DNA of 64,000 nt, taken from NCBI GenBank assembly GCA_963717145.1, contig OY970325.1:1024001-1088000 (forward strand), given 5' to 3'. Position numbers and translations under genes: made by a program. The notes under the pieces were generated by a model. That model saw nothing but the letters and a program-made list of their open reading frames with translations. It was not told the origin of the DNA and ran no database searches. Shown piece after piece: positions 19,920-30,835 of the stretch (its first letter is position 1; every line of letters starts with the position of its first letter). Source of the stretch: an uncultured Armatimonadetes bacterium (GTDB lineage Bacteria > Armatimonadota > UBA5829 > DTJY01).

Positions 19920-20690
19920 TTACAAATCCGCCCGAACAGCGCTGCATACGGATTCAACTGCCTGGCGCGCCACGTCCGGCTTGTTGCTGATGATGCCGTC
20001 GACGCCGCCCAGGACGCATTCGCGTGCTCTCTCGAAATCGTCGACCGTCCAGACCCAGACGCTCAGTCCTCGGCGTTTGGCGGCGTCCACCAGGTCGGGA
20101 CTCAGGAGGTCGTGCGCAATGCCGACGATATCCGCGTGATACATCATTGCATCATCGATGATCTTCGGCGCCCGAGCGACCTTGTCCTCGGCAGGTCCGC
20201 CGACGAGATACAGGAATGACAGCAGCGGATTGGCAGCCTTCACGATCGGCCCGTTCGAGCCGTCGAACGCGAAGATGACGGTCCGACCGACGTGCCCCGC
20301 CTTCTCGACGATGCGCACGACATCCTCTGCGAGGCCGGGAACCTTCAGCTCGATGCAGTACCCGACGTTCGCCGGAACCGCATTGAGTGCTTCTTCGAGA
20401 GTTGGAATCTTCTCGCCCTTATACTCGGGGCCGAACTTGGCGCCCGCACTGGCAGCCTTGACCTCGTCCAGCGTCAGGTCCGCGATCTGGCCGCTGCCGT
20501 CCGTGCACCGATCGAGCGATCCGTCGTGCGACACGACGATCACGCCGTCCTTCGTGCGTCGGACGTCGTTCTCGATCAGGTTGAACCCCATCTCGACTGC
20601 CTTCTTGAACGCCGCAATCGTATTTTCCGGCGCGTAGCCCGATGCACCGCGATGGGCGATCACAATCGGCGCGCGTGGATCATTCTGCAT
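19920..20690 (-). CDS. Glycerophosphodiester phosphodiesterase
   Basis: IAHRGASGYAPENT, ENDVRRTKDG, SHD, WTVDD, DGIISNKPD. Confidence 0.92.
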   Translation of the reverse strand: MQNDPRAPIVIAHRGASGYAPENTIAAFKKAVEMGFNLIENDVRRTKDGVIVVSHDGSLDRCTDGSGQIADLTLDEVKAASAGAKFGPEYKGEKIPTLEEALNAVPANVGYCIELKVPGLAEDVVRIVEKAGHVGRTVIFAFDGSNGPIVKAANPLLSFLYLVGGPAEDKVARAPKIIDDAMMYHADIVGIAHDLLSPDLVDAAKRRGLSVWVWTVDDFERARECVLGGVDGIISNKPDVARQAVESVCSAVRADL

Positions 20691-20807
20691 GCCATGCCCT
20701 CCCTTGAACAGGATGGGTTTACTATAGCAGCGAGCCGATTTGGGTGTCAAACTGGAGTGAAGGGGACGGTGGGATGGGGGAGTCTGCGGGCGTCTGGGCT
20801 CTGGGCA

Positions 20808-21662
20808 TCAGGTCCTCGTGCCCTTGCCCTCTCTGGATTCCTCGCGCGTGCGGTAGACGGATGCGACCTCAGAACCGATGACCGTGATCAGCGAGACGTA
20901 GTAGATCCAGAGCATCAAGACGACGGCGCCGCCGATTGAGCCGTAGACCGCCGTGAACCCTGAGAAGTGGGTCGCATACAGGCCGAAGAGCCACTTCGCA
21001 AGCTCAAAGAGTATACCGGCGCTGATTCCCGCGATGAGAGGCCCCATGGTCCCCATATCAACGGTGGGCAGGTACTTATATATGATCAGGAACATCACCA
21101 CGGAGAGGACAACCGGCACGAGGGTTCCCAGCAGGTTCCATATCGGATCGAGACCGTTCGTTGCGCCGGGGATCCCGATGTCGAAGGCTCTGACTGCGGC
21201 GATCGACCAGGTTATGCCGATCGACAGGACGAAGAGAACGCCGGCTACGAGTACGAGTGCAATCGCCCGCAGTCTGGTCTTCAGGAGGCTCATCTGCCAC
21301 TTGACCCCCAGCGGGATGTTCATGGCCTTCTGAAGTATGACGAAGATCTGGCTCCCAGTCCAAAGCAGGCCAAGCAGTCCGAGGCCGCTCACCACACCCG
21401 GCGAGTTGCGAATGGCAGCCAGGTTCACGCGCAACTCCTCGGTTCCAACCGGGAAGTAGTCTGCGATCCGCCCCTCGACGACCGTGAATGCGCGATCCGA
21501 GCCGATGACATATCCCAGCGCTCCGATAGCCAGAAGCAGGAGTGGAATGAGAGACAGCAGCCCGAAGAACGCGGTCGCCGCCGCCACGAGACTGCCGTTG
21601 TCCCGAGAGAACTCGGCAAAGACGTCGCGAAGGAACCGGTAGACCCCTCTCAAGCTGCGCAT
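20808..21662 (-). CDS. YihY/virulence factor BrkB family membrane protein
   Basis: AAATAFFGLLSLIPLLL, IYKYLP, VYGSIGG..LMLWIYY. Confidence 0.88.
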   Translation of the reverse strand: MRSLRGVYRFLRDVFAEFSRDNGSLVAAATAFFGLLSLIPLLLLAIGALGYVIGSDRAFTVVEGRIADYFPVGTEELRVNLAAIRNSPGVVSGLGLLGLLWTGSQIFVILQKAMNIPLGVKWQMSLLKTRLRAIALVLVAGVLFVLSIGITWSIAAVRAFDIGIPGATNGLDPIWNLLGTLVPVVLSVVMFLIIYKYLPTVDMGTMGPLIAGISAGILFELAKWLFGLYATHFSGFTAVYGSIGGAVVLMLWIYYVSLITVIGSEVASVYRTREESREGKGTRT

Positions 21663-21698
21663 AGGCTGCGTGCCCTCCCATTGCGAAGTACGAAGGTT

Positions 21699-21779
21699 GG
21701 CAGGCGATGGAAACCATCGCCCAGTTGTTGGGGCGGGAGTTGAACTCCCGCCCCAACAACTGGCGGACATCGCCTGCCA
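21699..21779. repeat. Nested palindrome with a perfect 43-bp core
   Basis: CCAGTTGTTGGGGCGGGAGTT-G-AACTCCCGCCCCAACAACTGG (21721-21763), flanked by TGCAGGCGATG...CATCGCCTGCCA. Confidence 0.75.
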
Positions 21780-21818
21780 GGCTGCTATACTATCCTGCGC
21801 AACAGGAGATTACTCCTG

Positions 21819-23453
21819 CTAGAGGCCGGTATTTACGCCGCGACCCGCCCGCACTTCGACGGAATAGGAGGAACCGGCGGCCCCGCTCGCAGCGATCTCG
21901 GTTGCGGTGATGATAAACGTCGTCGGATCCTCAGTGAGCTTGTACTGATTCCGAAGCTCACCGAAGCCGTAGGGGAACTCAGTCGTGACATCATGGAACG
22001 GCGCCGTGGCTGCCAACGGTTCAGTTTTCCAGATACCGTCGGCGCCCGCCTTGACCGTCTTCATGTCACTCAACCCCTCGATCGGCATCAAGCCCAGGAT
22101 GTTGCGTCGGAATTCCACCGTGACCCGCACCTCAGCGCCCGGGGTGGCGACGCCGGTCACTGCGACCGGGCTGGCGATATCCTCGCCCGCCCTCGGTGAG
22201 ATAATCCTCGGCAGGTACGAGGAGTCTGTGATGATCGTCAGTGACCTGGCAGTCAGAACCTGGAGCCGATTGCCTTCGGGGGTGACGAGCGTGATCTTGA
22301 CCGGCTGCCCGGGCAGGTCATCTCCAGGCTTGATCGCATACCGGCCGTCATACACACCCGGCGCAGATTCGGTCATACGGACGTCATTGGCGATGCCGGG
22401 AATGGTAAAGGATACCTTCGCCCCGGGCGATGCCTTGAGCGTGACTCGGAGGATGTCCCCGACATTCATCGGGCCGTAGGTATTGAGGGTTATGTTTGCC
22501 TGCTGTCCGGACGGCTGTGTAGCCGGCTGAACTGCGATCAGATACGTGTCACCGCTCATGGGGCCGATGCTGGCGATCACCTGGTCGCCGATCGACAGAT
22601 GCTTCAGGTTGCTTCCGACATTGCCCGGAAGTACCACCTCCGTCTCCTGGGATACGCTCAGTTTCCTCCCGCTGTCCAGCGTCACACTATCCTGGGAGAT
22701 TGAGTCCACCGCGCCTCGTACCTCCTGGTACTGCGCCCGCATGGCGTACACGATGCCCGCGTCGTTCAGTTGAAGTGTGACTCGATCGCCGGGCCGAACT
22801 TCTGCGAGCGGCACTTCCGTTGCCCGACCGCTCATCCCACCGCGCAGGATCGTCGCATCGCGGGCCACGGAGTAGTAAAGAAAACGGTTGCTGATCGCGG
22901 CAGCTATCGTCGAAGCATCGGGATTCACGCTGACTACCTCAGCGACAAGCCTCTGAGCCGTGGACTTAGTGCTCTGACTTCCGGGGCCGTATATGACTTG
23001 CGGAGTCTGATACGGGTCCGGGGGCAGTATCCAGATCCACCTGTACGCCTGCAGGGCCGGGTCCCACTGAAGGCCGGTGTAGAAGAAATCGTTGTAGAAT
23101 CTCAGCGGCGCGTAGAACCTGCCGAGGTGCATGAATGGCGCGACCGGGTAGGACACTCTCCTGCCGTTGATAGTCACGCCTTTGTCGCCGAGTCGTAATA
23201 ACGCCGTGCCGTGCTTGCCGGAGACGGTCAATACGCCCGATTTGACATCCCAGGAGACTCCTCCTCCCATTGCCTCAGCTACCTGGCGAACGGGAAGACA
23301 GGTCTCTCCCGAGACGATAGTAGTCTTTGTGTTCTTCAGGTCAAACTGGTCGTTGACCTTTACAGCTTTTGGTTTCGCGCAGATTGCGCTTCCTGCGATC
23401 AAGGCGGTCAGTGCCATCGCGAGGGAACATATCAGTAACAATCTGGTCTTCAT
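21819..23453 (-). CDS. Secreted protein with copper-amine-oxidase N-terminal (stalk) domain and Ig-like regions
   Basis: Signal peptide; LPVRQVAEAMGGGVSWD, INGR..PVAPF..GRFYAPLRF; MTESAPGVYDGRY. Confidence 0.7.
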   Translation of the reverse strand: MKTRLLLICSLAMALTALIAGSAICAKPKAVKVNDQFDLKNTKTTIVSGETCLPVRQVAEAMGGGVSWDVKSGVLTVSGKHGTALLRLGDKGVTINGRRVSYPVAPFMHLGRFYAPLRFYNDFFYTGLQWDPALQAYRWIWILPPDPYQTPQVIYGPGSQSTKSTAQRLVAEVVSVNPDASTIAAAISNRFLYYSVARDATILRGGMSGRATEVPLAEVRPGDRVTLQLNDAGIVYAMRAQYQEVRGAVDSISQDSVTLDSGRKLSVSQETEVVLPGNVGSNLKHLSIGDQVIASIGPMSGDTYLIAVQPATQPSGQQANITLNTYGPMNVGDILRVTLKASPGAKVSFTIPGIANDVRMTESAPGVYDGRYAIKPGDDLPGQPVKITLVTPEGNRLQVLTARSLTIITDSSYLPRIISPRAGEDIASPVAVTGVATPGAEVRVTVEFRRNILGLMPIEGLSDMKTVKAGADGIWKTEPLAATAPFHDVTTEFPYGFGELRNQYKLTEDPTTFIITATEIAASGAAGSSYSVEVRAGRGVNTGL

Positions 23454-23689
23454 GGTATACACCCCCTGGATGTTGTCCGCTGCTGCGTCGTCAGCGGTTG
23501 AGACGACTAGCGTCCTCTAGGGCGTATTTACCCGTGCTTCGGATGCCTGAACCGCGCTGGATCGAATCTCTGGCGCTTGGTAACAAATGCGACACCCCCG
23601 CTGTCAAGGTGTCTGGCGAGAAACGTGAAGTCCCTCCCAAACCACCTCGACAACGGGGGTGTCGAATCAACGGTATGACAAGCGCTCTA

Positions 23690-24373
23690 TTAGAAACGAG
23701 TCGTGAACGTCGCGCCGAACGCCAGGTCCTGGAAGTCGATGGTCGCGAGGTCCAGACGAATGTTATCCGACGCAGCGAACCGCAGGCCGGCGTTTACCTG
23801 GCTGTCATTGTCAAACCCCACGTCCACGAACTCCGCCATCAGGCTCAGGTTGCTCTGCAGGGTCCAGTCGAAACCTGCGAAGAGGCCATCGAAGACGCCG
23901 GAGCCGAACCCAGCCGTCAGCCGCAAGGGCCTGGAGGGCTGATCAGCGACATCGGAAGCGAATGCGGTGATGTTCTTACTAACCGCGAGGTAGAAGCTGG
24001 CGTCATTACTGAGCCAGTCTGCGGTTCCTCCCAGATCGAAGACGCCGACAAGAACAGCGGGCATATCAGCGGTCTCGGAAACAACCTGGTACTTGCCACT
24101 GAAGACTGCATCGCTCTGGCCGTCGTTCAGGAAACTCACCCCGACCTCGAGCTTGTCCGCGGCTCCGTACAGCACACCAAACGACGAGAGATCCTCACCG
24201 CCCAATACGTCAATGAACTGGTGATAGGATAGCTCCCACGTTCCCGGAGGGGCTACGGTAGCGTCAGGAGTCAGGATGTTCCCGCTGTAGCTACCAAGAA
24301 AGCTCTGCGCTCCGATAACCGGAAGCGCCAGTGCGAGCAACACAAGCGTTACTCCAACGATCCTCAAATACAT
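23690..24373 (-). CDS. Outer-membrane beta-barrel-like protein (YjbH-like)
   Basis: Signal peptide, SGNILTPDA, amphipathic strands, terminal Phe; AGGAGG RBS. Confidence 0.6.
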   Translation of the reverse strand: MYLRIVGVTLVLLALALPVIGAQSFLGSYSGNILTPDATVAPPGTWELSYHQFIDVLGGEDLSSFGVLYGAADKLEVGVSFLNDGQSDAVFSGKYQVVSETADMPAVLVGVFDLGGTADWLSNDASFYLAVSKNITAFASDVADQPSRPLRLTAGFGSGVFDGLFAGFDWTLQSNLSLMAEFVDVGFDNDSQVNAGLRFAASDNIRLDLATIDFQDLAFGATFTTRF

Positions 24374-24743
24374 CAAAAAGTACCTCCTGTACCGTGGTTG
24401 GATACCCTGGGTCATTCTTCGGCCTACTGGAATTCGTGCGGTGCAACTCCGTGAGCCCGATAGATGCCCAAAGTCCACCAATGATTATACACCTTTCGGC
24501 GCGAAAGTAAACAGCTAGACTTGCATGCATGGCTTCCTTTCCCGTGCTTAGTTACATGATCGGCCTTGTGTATCCGACTATACATACGGGAATGGGCCGA
24601 TACGCCAGGATGCATTCGTGCAGAATTGGGTAAGAACAGGATTGCCGGGGAGTTGACGCTCAAGGGCTGATTCAGGTATCGTGGACCCGCCTCAATTCCC
24701 TTCGCCGAATGGCGAGTCACGGGTTTGACAAAGGAGAGCAGAA

Positions 24744-24983
24744 ATGCCGGATAAAGAGATCAAAGTGTACTCCACTCCCACGTGCCCATGGTGCAGAAAG
24801 GCCAAGGAGTACCTGGATTCCAAAGGAATCAGCTACGAGAACTACGACGTCGCCGAGCAGAAAGACAAACTCCAGGAAATGGTGGAGCTGTCCGGGCAGC
24901 GCGGAGTGCCCGTGCTTAAGATCGGAGACGAGGTAATTATTGGCTTCAATCAGCCGAAGATAGACCAGGCGCTGGGCGCATGA
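24744..24983 (+). CDS. Glutaredoxin-like protein (YruB/NrdH type)
   Basis: YSTPTCPWC, SGQRGVPV, IIGFN. Confidence 0.9.
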   Translation: MPDKEIKVYSTPTCPWCRKAKEYLDSKGISYENYDVAEQKDKLQEMVELSGQRGVPVLKIGDEVIIGFNQPKIDQALGA

Positions 24984-25004
24984 CGGGCCACGAGGACCTT
25001 CCTG

Positions 25005-26630
25005 ATGGCTGATATGCCTGTTTCACGAACTGTGGCGGACGCCTTCGTCGACCAACTGGCCGCGTGGGGCGTCCGCTTTATCTATGGCATTCCCGGCGGC
25101 TCGATACTGGCATTCGCGGAAGCAGTGGCGGAGTCCGACAAGATCAAGCTGATCCTCGTCCGACAGGAGTCCACGGCCTCTTTCATGGCTTCGGCCTACG
25201 GGAAACTTACCGGAAAGCTCGGCGTGTGTTTCGCGATCACCGGCGCAGGGGCCACAAACCTGATCACGGGTCTCGCCGACGCCGCCTGGGACCGTTCGCC
25301 GGTGCTGGCGGTGACCGGCCAGGTGCGGCATGATATAGTCGGCACCGATGCGTTCCAGGAGATCGATCAGTATGAGCTGTTCTCGTCCCTGACGGTGTAC
25401 AACGAGATGCTCCAGTCCGCCGAGCAGACGCCCGAGGTGCTCCTGCGGGCCATGCGCAGTGCCCTCGTCCGGCGGGGAGTCGCTCATATCGGTCTGCCGC
25501 GGGATTTGCAGTCTCAGGAATGCCGGACAGCCGCACGATCGGTCGACGAACTGATACCGCAACTCGGTCCTGCGCCTCCGGATGCGATACACCGGGCGAC
25601 CGAGGCGATCGGACGCGCGTCGAAGCCGGTGATACTCGCCGGCCGGGATGCCTGGACAGCGCGGGAGGAATTGGCGCGGCTCTCACACCTCATAGGTGCT
25701 CCGGTCGCAACCACACCTGCGGCCAAGGGAGTCTACGATGAGCACGATCCGCACGCCCTCGGAGTGCTCGGCAGGCAGGGTCTCCCATGTTCGGCGGAGA
25801 TCTTCGGACAGGCGGACATCGCCCTGCTGCTCGGCGCGGACATCGCCGAGCAGCGCCTCATACCTGATGTCCCAACCATACAGATCACGCCGAATCCCCT
25901 GGGCCTGGCGGAAGACCTGCGGATCGTGGTGTCACTGGAGGGAGATATTGCACTGACACTGCAGGCTATGATGGCACATATCCCGCAAGCCGATCGGCCG
26001 GACTGGGTGAGAGTGGCCGAGATGCAGCGCGCGGCATGTCATGTGCATTTCGCAGACGTGGTGGCCTCCTCGACAGGATGCGTTCACCCACGGGACGCGA
26101 TCGTGGCGCTCCAGAAGGTACTGGCGGACGATGCGATTGTGGCGGTGGACACCGGCGATATTACGTATTGGTACATGCAGTACTTCCGGGCGCGCCAACA
26201 GCACACACTGATGTCCGCCCATCTTGCCAGCATGGGCATCGCACTCCCGGGGGCGCTCGCGGCTCAGTTGGAGTATCCCCAGCGTCAGTGCCTGGCTATC
26301 TGCGGCGACGGCGGCTTCGGGATGATGATGGCCGACTTCACGACCGCCGTCAAGTACGACTTGCCGATCACCGTCCTGGTGCTCAACAACAGCGCCTATC
26401 TGCGCGTCACCAGCGAGGCCCTCGAGGCCGATCTTCCGCCCACGGTGCATACTCTGGTCAACCCCGATTTCGCCGCGTTTGCGGAGTGCTGCGGCGGATA
26501 TGGGCTCAGGGTGACCGAATCCGGCGATCTCGAACAAGCGCTGCGCGACGCTCTGACCTCCGACCGCCCTTCGCTCGTCGAAGTCGTCACGGACCCTAAT
26601 GTACTCGCAGTCCCGATGCTCGGGGCGTAG
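25005..26630 (+). CDS. Thiamine-diphosphate enzyme, pyruvate oxidase-like
   Basis: YGIPGG, RQES, GATNL, FQEID, GDGGFGM...LNN. Confidence 0.85.
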   Translation: MADMPVSRTVADAFVDQLAAWGVRFIYGIPGGSILAFAEAVAESDKIKLILVRQESTASFMASAYGKLTGKLGVCFAITGAGATNLITGLADAAWDRSPVLAVTGQVRHDIVGTDAFQEIDQYELFSSLTVYNEMLQSAEQTPEVLLRAMRSALVRRGVAHIGLPRDLQSQECRTAARSVDELIPQLGPAPPDAIHRATEAIGRASKPVILAGRDAWTAREELARLSHLIGAPVATTPAAKGVYDEHDPHALGVLGRQGLPCSAEIFGQADIALLLGADIAEQRLIPDVPTIQITPNPLGLAEDLRIVVSLEGDIALTLQAMMAHIPQADRPDWVRVAEMQRAACHVHFADVVASSTGCVHPRDAIVALQKVLADDAIVAVDTGDITYWYMQYFRARQQHTLMSAHLASMGIALPGALAAQLEYPQRQCLAICGDGGFGMMMADFTTAVKYDLPITVLVLNNSAYLRVTSEALEADLPPTVHTLVNPDFAAFAECCGGYGLRVTESGDLEQALRDALTSDRPSLVEVVTDPNVLAVPMLGA

Positions 26631-26639
26631 GAGCACTGG

Positions 26640-26668
26640 TTGACATGGACCTCATGGAATGATATAGT
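26640..26668 (+). promoter_or_regulatory. Sigma70 promoter for tRNA-Arg
   Basis: TTGACA-17-TATAGT. Confidence 0.75.
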
Positions 26669-26683
26669 ATTGGCGTGTGATTC

Positions 26684-26759
26684 GCGGCTGTAGCTCAATG
26701 GATAGAGCATCAGTCTTCGGAACTGAGGGTTGGGGGTTCGAGTCCCTCCAGCCGCGCCA
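26684..26759 (+). tRNA. tRNA-Arg (TCG)
   Basis: Cloverleaf; anticodon arm TCAGT-CTTCGGA-ACTGA; encoded CCA. Confidence 0.92.
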
Positions 26760-26779
26760 AGCTATGCGGCAGTGGTACC

Positions 26780-26847
26780 GCACTGTCATTCTGAGCAGAG
26801 CGAAGAATCTTGTCTCAGATTCTTCGCTTCGCTCAGAATGACAGTGC
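26780..26847. repeat. Palindrome family C (GTCATTCTGAGC..AGCGAAGAATCT)
   Basis: Inverted repeat; relatives at 58489-58553 and 62496-62561. Confidence 0.8.
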
Positions 26848-26852
26848 AAGGG

Positions 26853-26881
26853 TTGACAAACGGCTGCAGAGCAGCTATAAT
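26853..26881 (+). promoter_or_regulatory. Consensus sigma70 promoter for tRNA-Lys/Leu/Gly and possibly tig
   Basis: TTGACA-17-TATAAT. Confidence 0.85.
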
Positions 26882-26910
26882 CTGCGTGTTTTACGGACAG
26901 TCGAGGTTCT

Positions 26911-26986
<76 letters not shown>

Positions 26987-27052
26987 TCCCATAACATATA
27001 CGAGTCAGCGTCGTAGAAGCCGGCACTGCGCTCGCAGGCGGAACGCGATCAC

Positions 27053-27136
27053 GGGCGAGTGGTGGAATGGCAGACACGCTAGATTTAGGATCTAGTGCCG
27101 CAAGGCGTAGGAGTTCAACTCTCCTCTCGCCCACCA
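27053..27136 (+). tRNA. tRNA-Leu (TAG)
   Basis: CTAGA-TTTAGGA-TCTAG; long variable arm; CCA. Confidence 0.95.
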
Positions 27137-27172
27137 GGGAAGTACGAGTACCGGGACGCAGTCGAGACACGT

Positions 27173-27247
27173 GCGGGAGTGGTTCAGTGGTAGAACGCCA
27201 CCTTGCCAAGGTGGATGTCGCGGGTTCGAATCCCGTCTCCCGCTCCA
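27173..27247 (+). tRNA. tRNA-Gly (GCC)
   Basis: CCACC-TTGCCAA-GGTGG; TCCA end. Confidence 0.95.
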
Positions 27248-27257
27248 TGAAAGAACA

Positions 27258-27340
27258 AAGTATCAAGTACAAAGTACGAAGACAGGACCGGGCCTCCTGG
27301 CTCGCGGTTCTTTGCACTTTCGTACTTGATACTTTGTACA
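27258..27340. repeat. Inverted 7-mer periodic repeat (AAGTAYM)
   Basis: AAGTATC AAGTACA AAGTACG ... CGTACTT GATACTT TGTAC. Confidence 0.7.
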
Positions 27341-27419
27341 TGATCGTTTCGCCTCGCCGCCTAAGTATACAGCGGCGGGGCGTTTCTATGAGAACCGGGC
27401 ATAAGAGGAGTCACTAATC

Positions 27420-28727
27420 ATGCAAGTGAAAGTTGAGCAACAAGGCCCTTGCGAGGTCGAATTGAACATCGAGGTGCCGGCCGAGCAGGTCACCAGCACC
27501 AGAGACAAGGTCTTCAAGGAGATGGGGCAGCACGCCACAGTTCCGGGTTTCCGGAGGGGAAAGGCGCCTCGAGCGCTCCTGGAGAGACACCTCTCTCCGG
27601 AGTCGATTCGCAGCCACCTACTCGATGAACTTCTCCCGGATGCCTATGCGGAGGCGCTCGAGGAGGCCAAGATCGAGCCATATACGGACCCCGAGATCGA
27701 CATCGTCCAGTTGGAGCAGGAACAGCCGTTCATCTTCAAGGCCAAGGTCCCGCTCCCGCCGAAAGTCGAACTTGGCGAGTACAAGGGCATCGAGGTCGAG
27801 CGCCCCGAGGTCACCGTCACCGATGAGGACATCGATTCCGAACTCGAGTACCTTCAGCAGAACAAGGCCTCGATCGAGCCGATAGAGGACCGGCCGGTCG
27901 AGTCGGGTGACCTCGTGACCGCGGAGTTGAAGGTCGTCCCCGAGGGGGAAGAGCCCCAGGAACCGGGACGGGCGCGCATTCGGGTCGGATCGAACATTCC
28001 CGAGTTCGACGCGAACATCGTGGGAATGAAGCTCGACGAGGAGAAGAGCTTCACGATCGACTATGCTTCCGACTTCGCCGACGAGGAACTGGCCGGCAAG
28101 AAGATCGACTACACCGTGAAGATCGAGAAGATATACCAGGTCAAGCTCCCCGAGCTTGACGATGAGTTCGTGCAGGGCCTTCCCGGGAATATGGAGACGC
28201 TCGATGCATTGAAGGACAGTATCCGCAGCAGGCTCACTGAGGCCCGCAACAGGTCAGCCGACAGCGAGGTCGAGAACAAGATCATCGAGGCGATCGTCTC
28301 GCGCTCGACGGTCTGTTTCCCCGATGTCATCGTGAAGTCGCGTGTCGCTCACGAGTTGGAGCATCTGCGGGAGGACCTTGAGAAAGAGAATAGAACGTTC
28401 AAGCAGTATCTGGAGCAGATCGGCAGGACCCGAGAGCAGTTCATGGACGAGCTGAACCAGGCTATTTCGCACCGAGTAACCGTCGGATTGGTCCTGGGCG
28501 AGTTGGCGTCGGCTGAGAAGCTCGAGGTCACGGATGAAGAAATAGAGGCCAGGATCGATAGCATGGTCGAGGAATCGAAGGCGACCCGTGAGGCCGTGGA
28601 AGCATATCTGGAACCCCGGGGAGGACGTGAGAGCCTGGGAAATGCTATGCTCGACCAGAAGATCACAGATTTTATCAAGTCAGTTTCGACGATCAAGAGT
28701 GGAGAAAGCGTCCCGCAAAGCACATAA
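27420..28727 (+). CDS. tig: Trigger factor
   Basis: VPGFRRGKAP signature, FKBP-like core, position before clpP. Confidence 0.95.
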   Translation: MQVKVEQQGPCEVELNIEVPAEQVTSTRDKVFKEMGQHATVPGFRRGKAPRALLERHLSPESIRSHLLDELLPDAYAEALEEAKIEPYTDPEIDIVQLEQEQPFIFKAKVPLPPKVELGEYKGIEVERPEVTVTDEDIDSELEYLQQNKASIEPIEDRPVESGDLVTAELKVVPEGEEPQEPGRARIRVGSNIPEFDANIVGMKLDEEKSFTIDYASDFADEELAGKKIDYTVKIEKIYQVKLPELDDEFVQGLPGNMETLDALKDSIRSRLTEARNRSADSEVENKIIEAIVSRSTVCFPDVIVKSRVAHELEHLREDLEKENRTFKQYLEQIGRTREQFMDELNQAISHRVTVGLVLGELASAEKLEVTDEEIEARIDSMVEESKATREAVEAYLEPRGGRESLGNAMLDQKITDFIKSVSTIKSGESVPQST

Positions 28728-28789
28728 TATAGGTGATGCGTGCTGCGGAAGCGCTTTCCAGTCCGCTTAGAAAAGGAGAATACCAGCGC

Positions 28790-29377
28790 ATGGCACTGAT
28801 ACCAATGGTTGTTGAGCAGTCCGCCAGAGGAGAGCGAGCGTACGATATCTACTCCCGTCTGCTCAAAGAGCGCATCATATTCCTCGGCACGCCGGTGGAC
28901 GATGACATCGCGAACCTCATCATCGCGCAGTTGCTTTTCCTGGAGAAGGAAGACCCGGATAAGGACATCGAGTTCTACGTCAACACGCCTGGCGGGCTGG
29001 TGACAGCCGGCCTGGCGATCTACGACACCATGCAGATCATCAAGCCGGATATAGCTACGACCTGCGTGGGACAGGCGGCCAGCATGGGTGCGGTGATCCT
29101 GGCCGGCGGCGCTAAGGGCAAGAGACAAGCATTGCCGAACGCGCGGATGATGATCCATCAGGGCAGCGCAGGTTTCTCGGGCACTCCGTCGGATATCGAT
29201 ATCCAGGCGAGAGAAGTCCTGCGATACAGAGTGCTGCTCAACGAGATTCTCTCCAAACACACAGGACAAACCGTCGAGCAGGTGGAAAAAGATACCGACA
29301 GGGATTACTTCATGTCGGCAAAGGAAGCCTGCGAATACGGCTTGATCGATGAAGTCATCGAGAGAGAACACAGATAA
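28790..29377 (+). CDS. clpP: ClpP protease proteolytic subunit
   Basis: [27 protein letters not shown]. Confidence 0.97.
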   Translation: MALIPMVVEQSARGERAYDIYSRLLKERIIFLGTPVDDDIANLIIAQLLFLEKEDPDKDIEFYVNTPGGLVTAGLAIYDTMQIIKPDIATTCVGQAASMGAVILAGGAKGKRQALPNARMMIHQGSAGFSGTPSDIDIQAREVLRYRVLLNEILSKHTGQTVEQVEKDTDRDYFMSAKEACEYGLIDEVIEREHR

Positions 29378-29407
29378 TCCAGAGCATAAACTTGGGGGGC
29401 TAAACAC

Positions 29408-30673
29408 TTGGCGAGGGTCGGATTCGATCGCAACGATCAGCGCTGCGCCTTGTGCGGCAGAAGCAGAGAACAGGTAAAGAAGCTGATAGTCGGCGTATAC
29501 GGTGGTATATGTCTCGACTGTCTCCAGCTATGCAACGACACGATCAAGGGTGAGGCGGCGAAGGTCGGTGACGACTTCTCGCCGCTCAACTCCGTGCCGA
29601 AGCCCAAGGAGATATACCGCATACTAAGTCAGTACGTCGTTGGCCAGGAAAAGGCCAAACGAACACTGAGCGTCGCGGTATATAACCACTTCAAGCGGAT
29701 CAACACGCCTTGCCACGACGTCGAGTTGCAGAAGAGCAACATCATGCTCATCGGCCCGACCGGCTGCGGCAAGACACTCCTCGCCCAGACACTGGCGAAG
29801 ATCCTGAACGTTCCATTTGCAATAGCCGACGCCACTTCGCTTACAGAGGCAGGATACGTCGGCGAAGATGTCGAAAACATCCTCCTGAAGCTGTTGCAGG
29901 CGGCTGATACCGGTGAGAACATCCAGGCGACCGTCCGGAATGCTCAGCGCGGGATCGTCTACATCGATGAGATCGATAAGATCACTCGGAAGTCCGAGAA
30001 CCCGTCTATCACGAGAGACGTCTCCGGCGAAGGTGTTCAGCAGGCTCTGCTGAAGATACTCGAGGGCACGACGGCGAACGTTCCGCCTCAGGGCGGACGG
30101 AAGCACCCGCAGCAGGAGTACGTACAGATCGACACAACGAACGTGCTCTTTATCTGCGGAGGCGCCTTCGACGGCCTGGAGAGTATCATCGAGCGCAGAG
30201 TGAGCACGCAGACCATGGGATTCCGGGCTAAGGTCGAGAGCAAGGCCGATCGGCGCCCGGGAGATCTGCTCTGCGAGGTCATGCCGGAGGACCTGCTGAA
30301 GTTCGGGTTTATCCCCGAGTTCATCGGCCGGTTGCCCGTGATCGGCACACTCGAGTCACTCGACCAGGAGTCGCTTGTGCGGATTCTCGTCGAGCCGAGG
30401 AACGCTCTGGTGAAGCAGTACCAGAAGTTCTTCGAGTACGACGGCGTCGAACTGATTGTAACGGACGATGCTCTCGAAGAGATTGCGACTGAGGCGATGA
30501 AGCGGACGATTGGGGCACGAGCGCTCAGGGCGATCATCGAGGAAGTCATGATGAACATCATGTACGAGATTCCCTCGACGCCCGGGGTCAGCAAATGCAC
30601 CATCGACGCCGACGTTGTCCGAGGCGGCAAGGAGCCTATGCTGGTTGTCGACGAATTGAAGGCCGCATCGTGA
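29408..30673 (+). CDS. clpX: ClpX ATPase
   Basis: C4 zinc finger, [32 protein letters not shown]. Confidence 0.97.
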   Translation: MARVGFDRNDQRCALCGRSREQVKKLIVGVYGGICLDCLQLCNDTIKGEAAKVGDDFSPLNSVPKPKEIYRILSQYVVGQEKAKRTLSVAVYNHFKRINTPCHDVELQKSNIMLIGPTGCGKTLLAQTLAKILNVPFAIADATSLTEAGYVGEDVENILLKLLQAADTGENIQATVRNAQRGIVYIDEIDKITRKSENPSITRDVSGEGVQQALLKILEGTTANVPPQGGRKHPQQEYVQIDTTNVLFICGGAFDGLESIIERRVSTQTMGFRAKVESKADRRPGDLLCEVMPEDLLKFGFIPEFIGRLPVIGTLESLDQESLVRILVEPRNALVKQYQKFFEYDGVELIVTDDALEEIATEAMKRTIGARALRAIIEEVMMNIMYEIPSTPGVSKCTIDADVVRGGKEPMLVVDELKAAS

Positions 30674-30710
30674 TGGGCTGATTAGCTCTACCGGGGCGGC
30701 GACATCTCTT

Positions 30711-30809
30711 GTGGCCGTGCCTCCGAGCGGCCATGCATTAGAATGGCCTGCTCGGAGGCACGGCCATTATATCGTCAGAACGATGTGGCCGGCACAGATG
30801 CCCGGCCAC
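30711..30809. repeat. Degenerate REP family B cluster
   Basis: GTGGCCGTGCCTCCGAGC...GCTCGGAGGCACGGCCAT plus a third unit. Confidence 0.65.
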
Positions 30810-30835
30810 GATATTGCAGAAAGGTGACATAGCGC

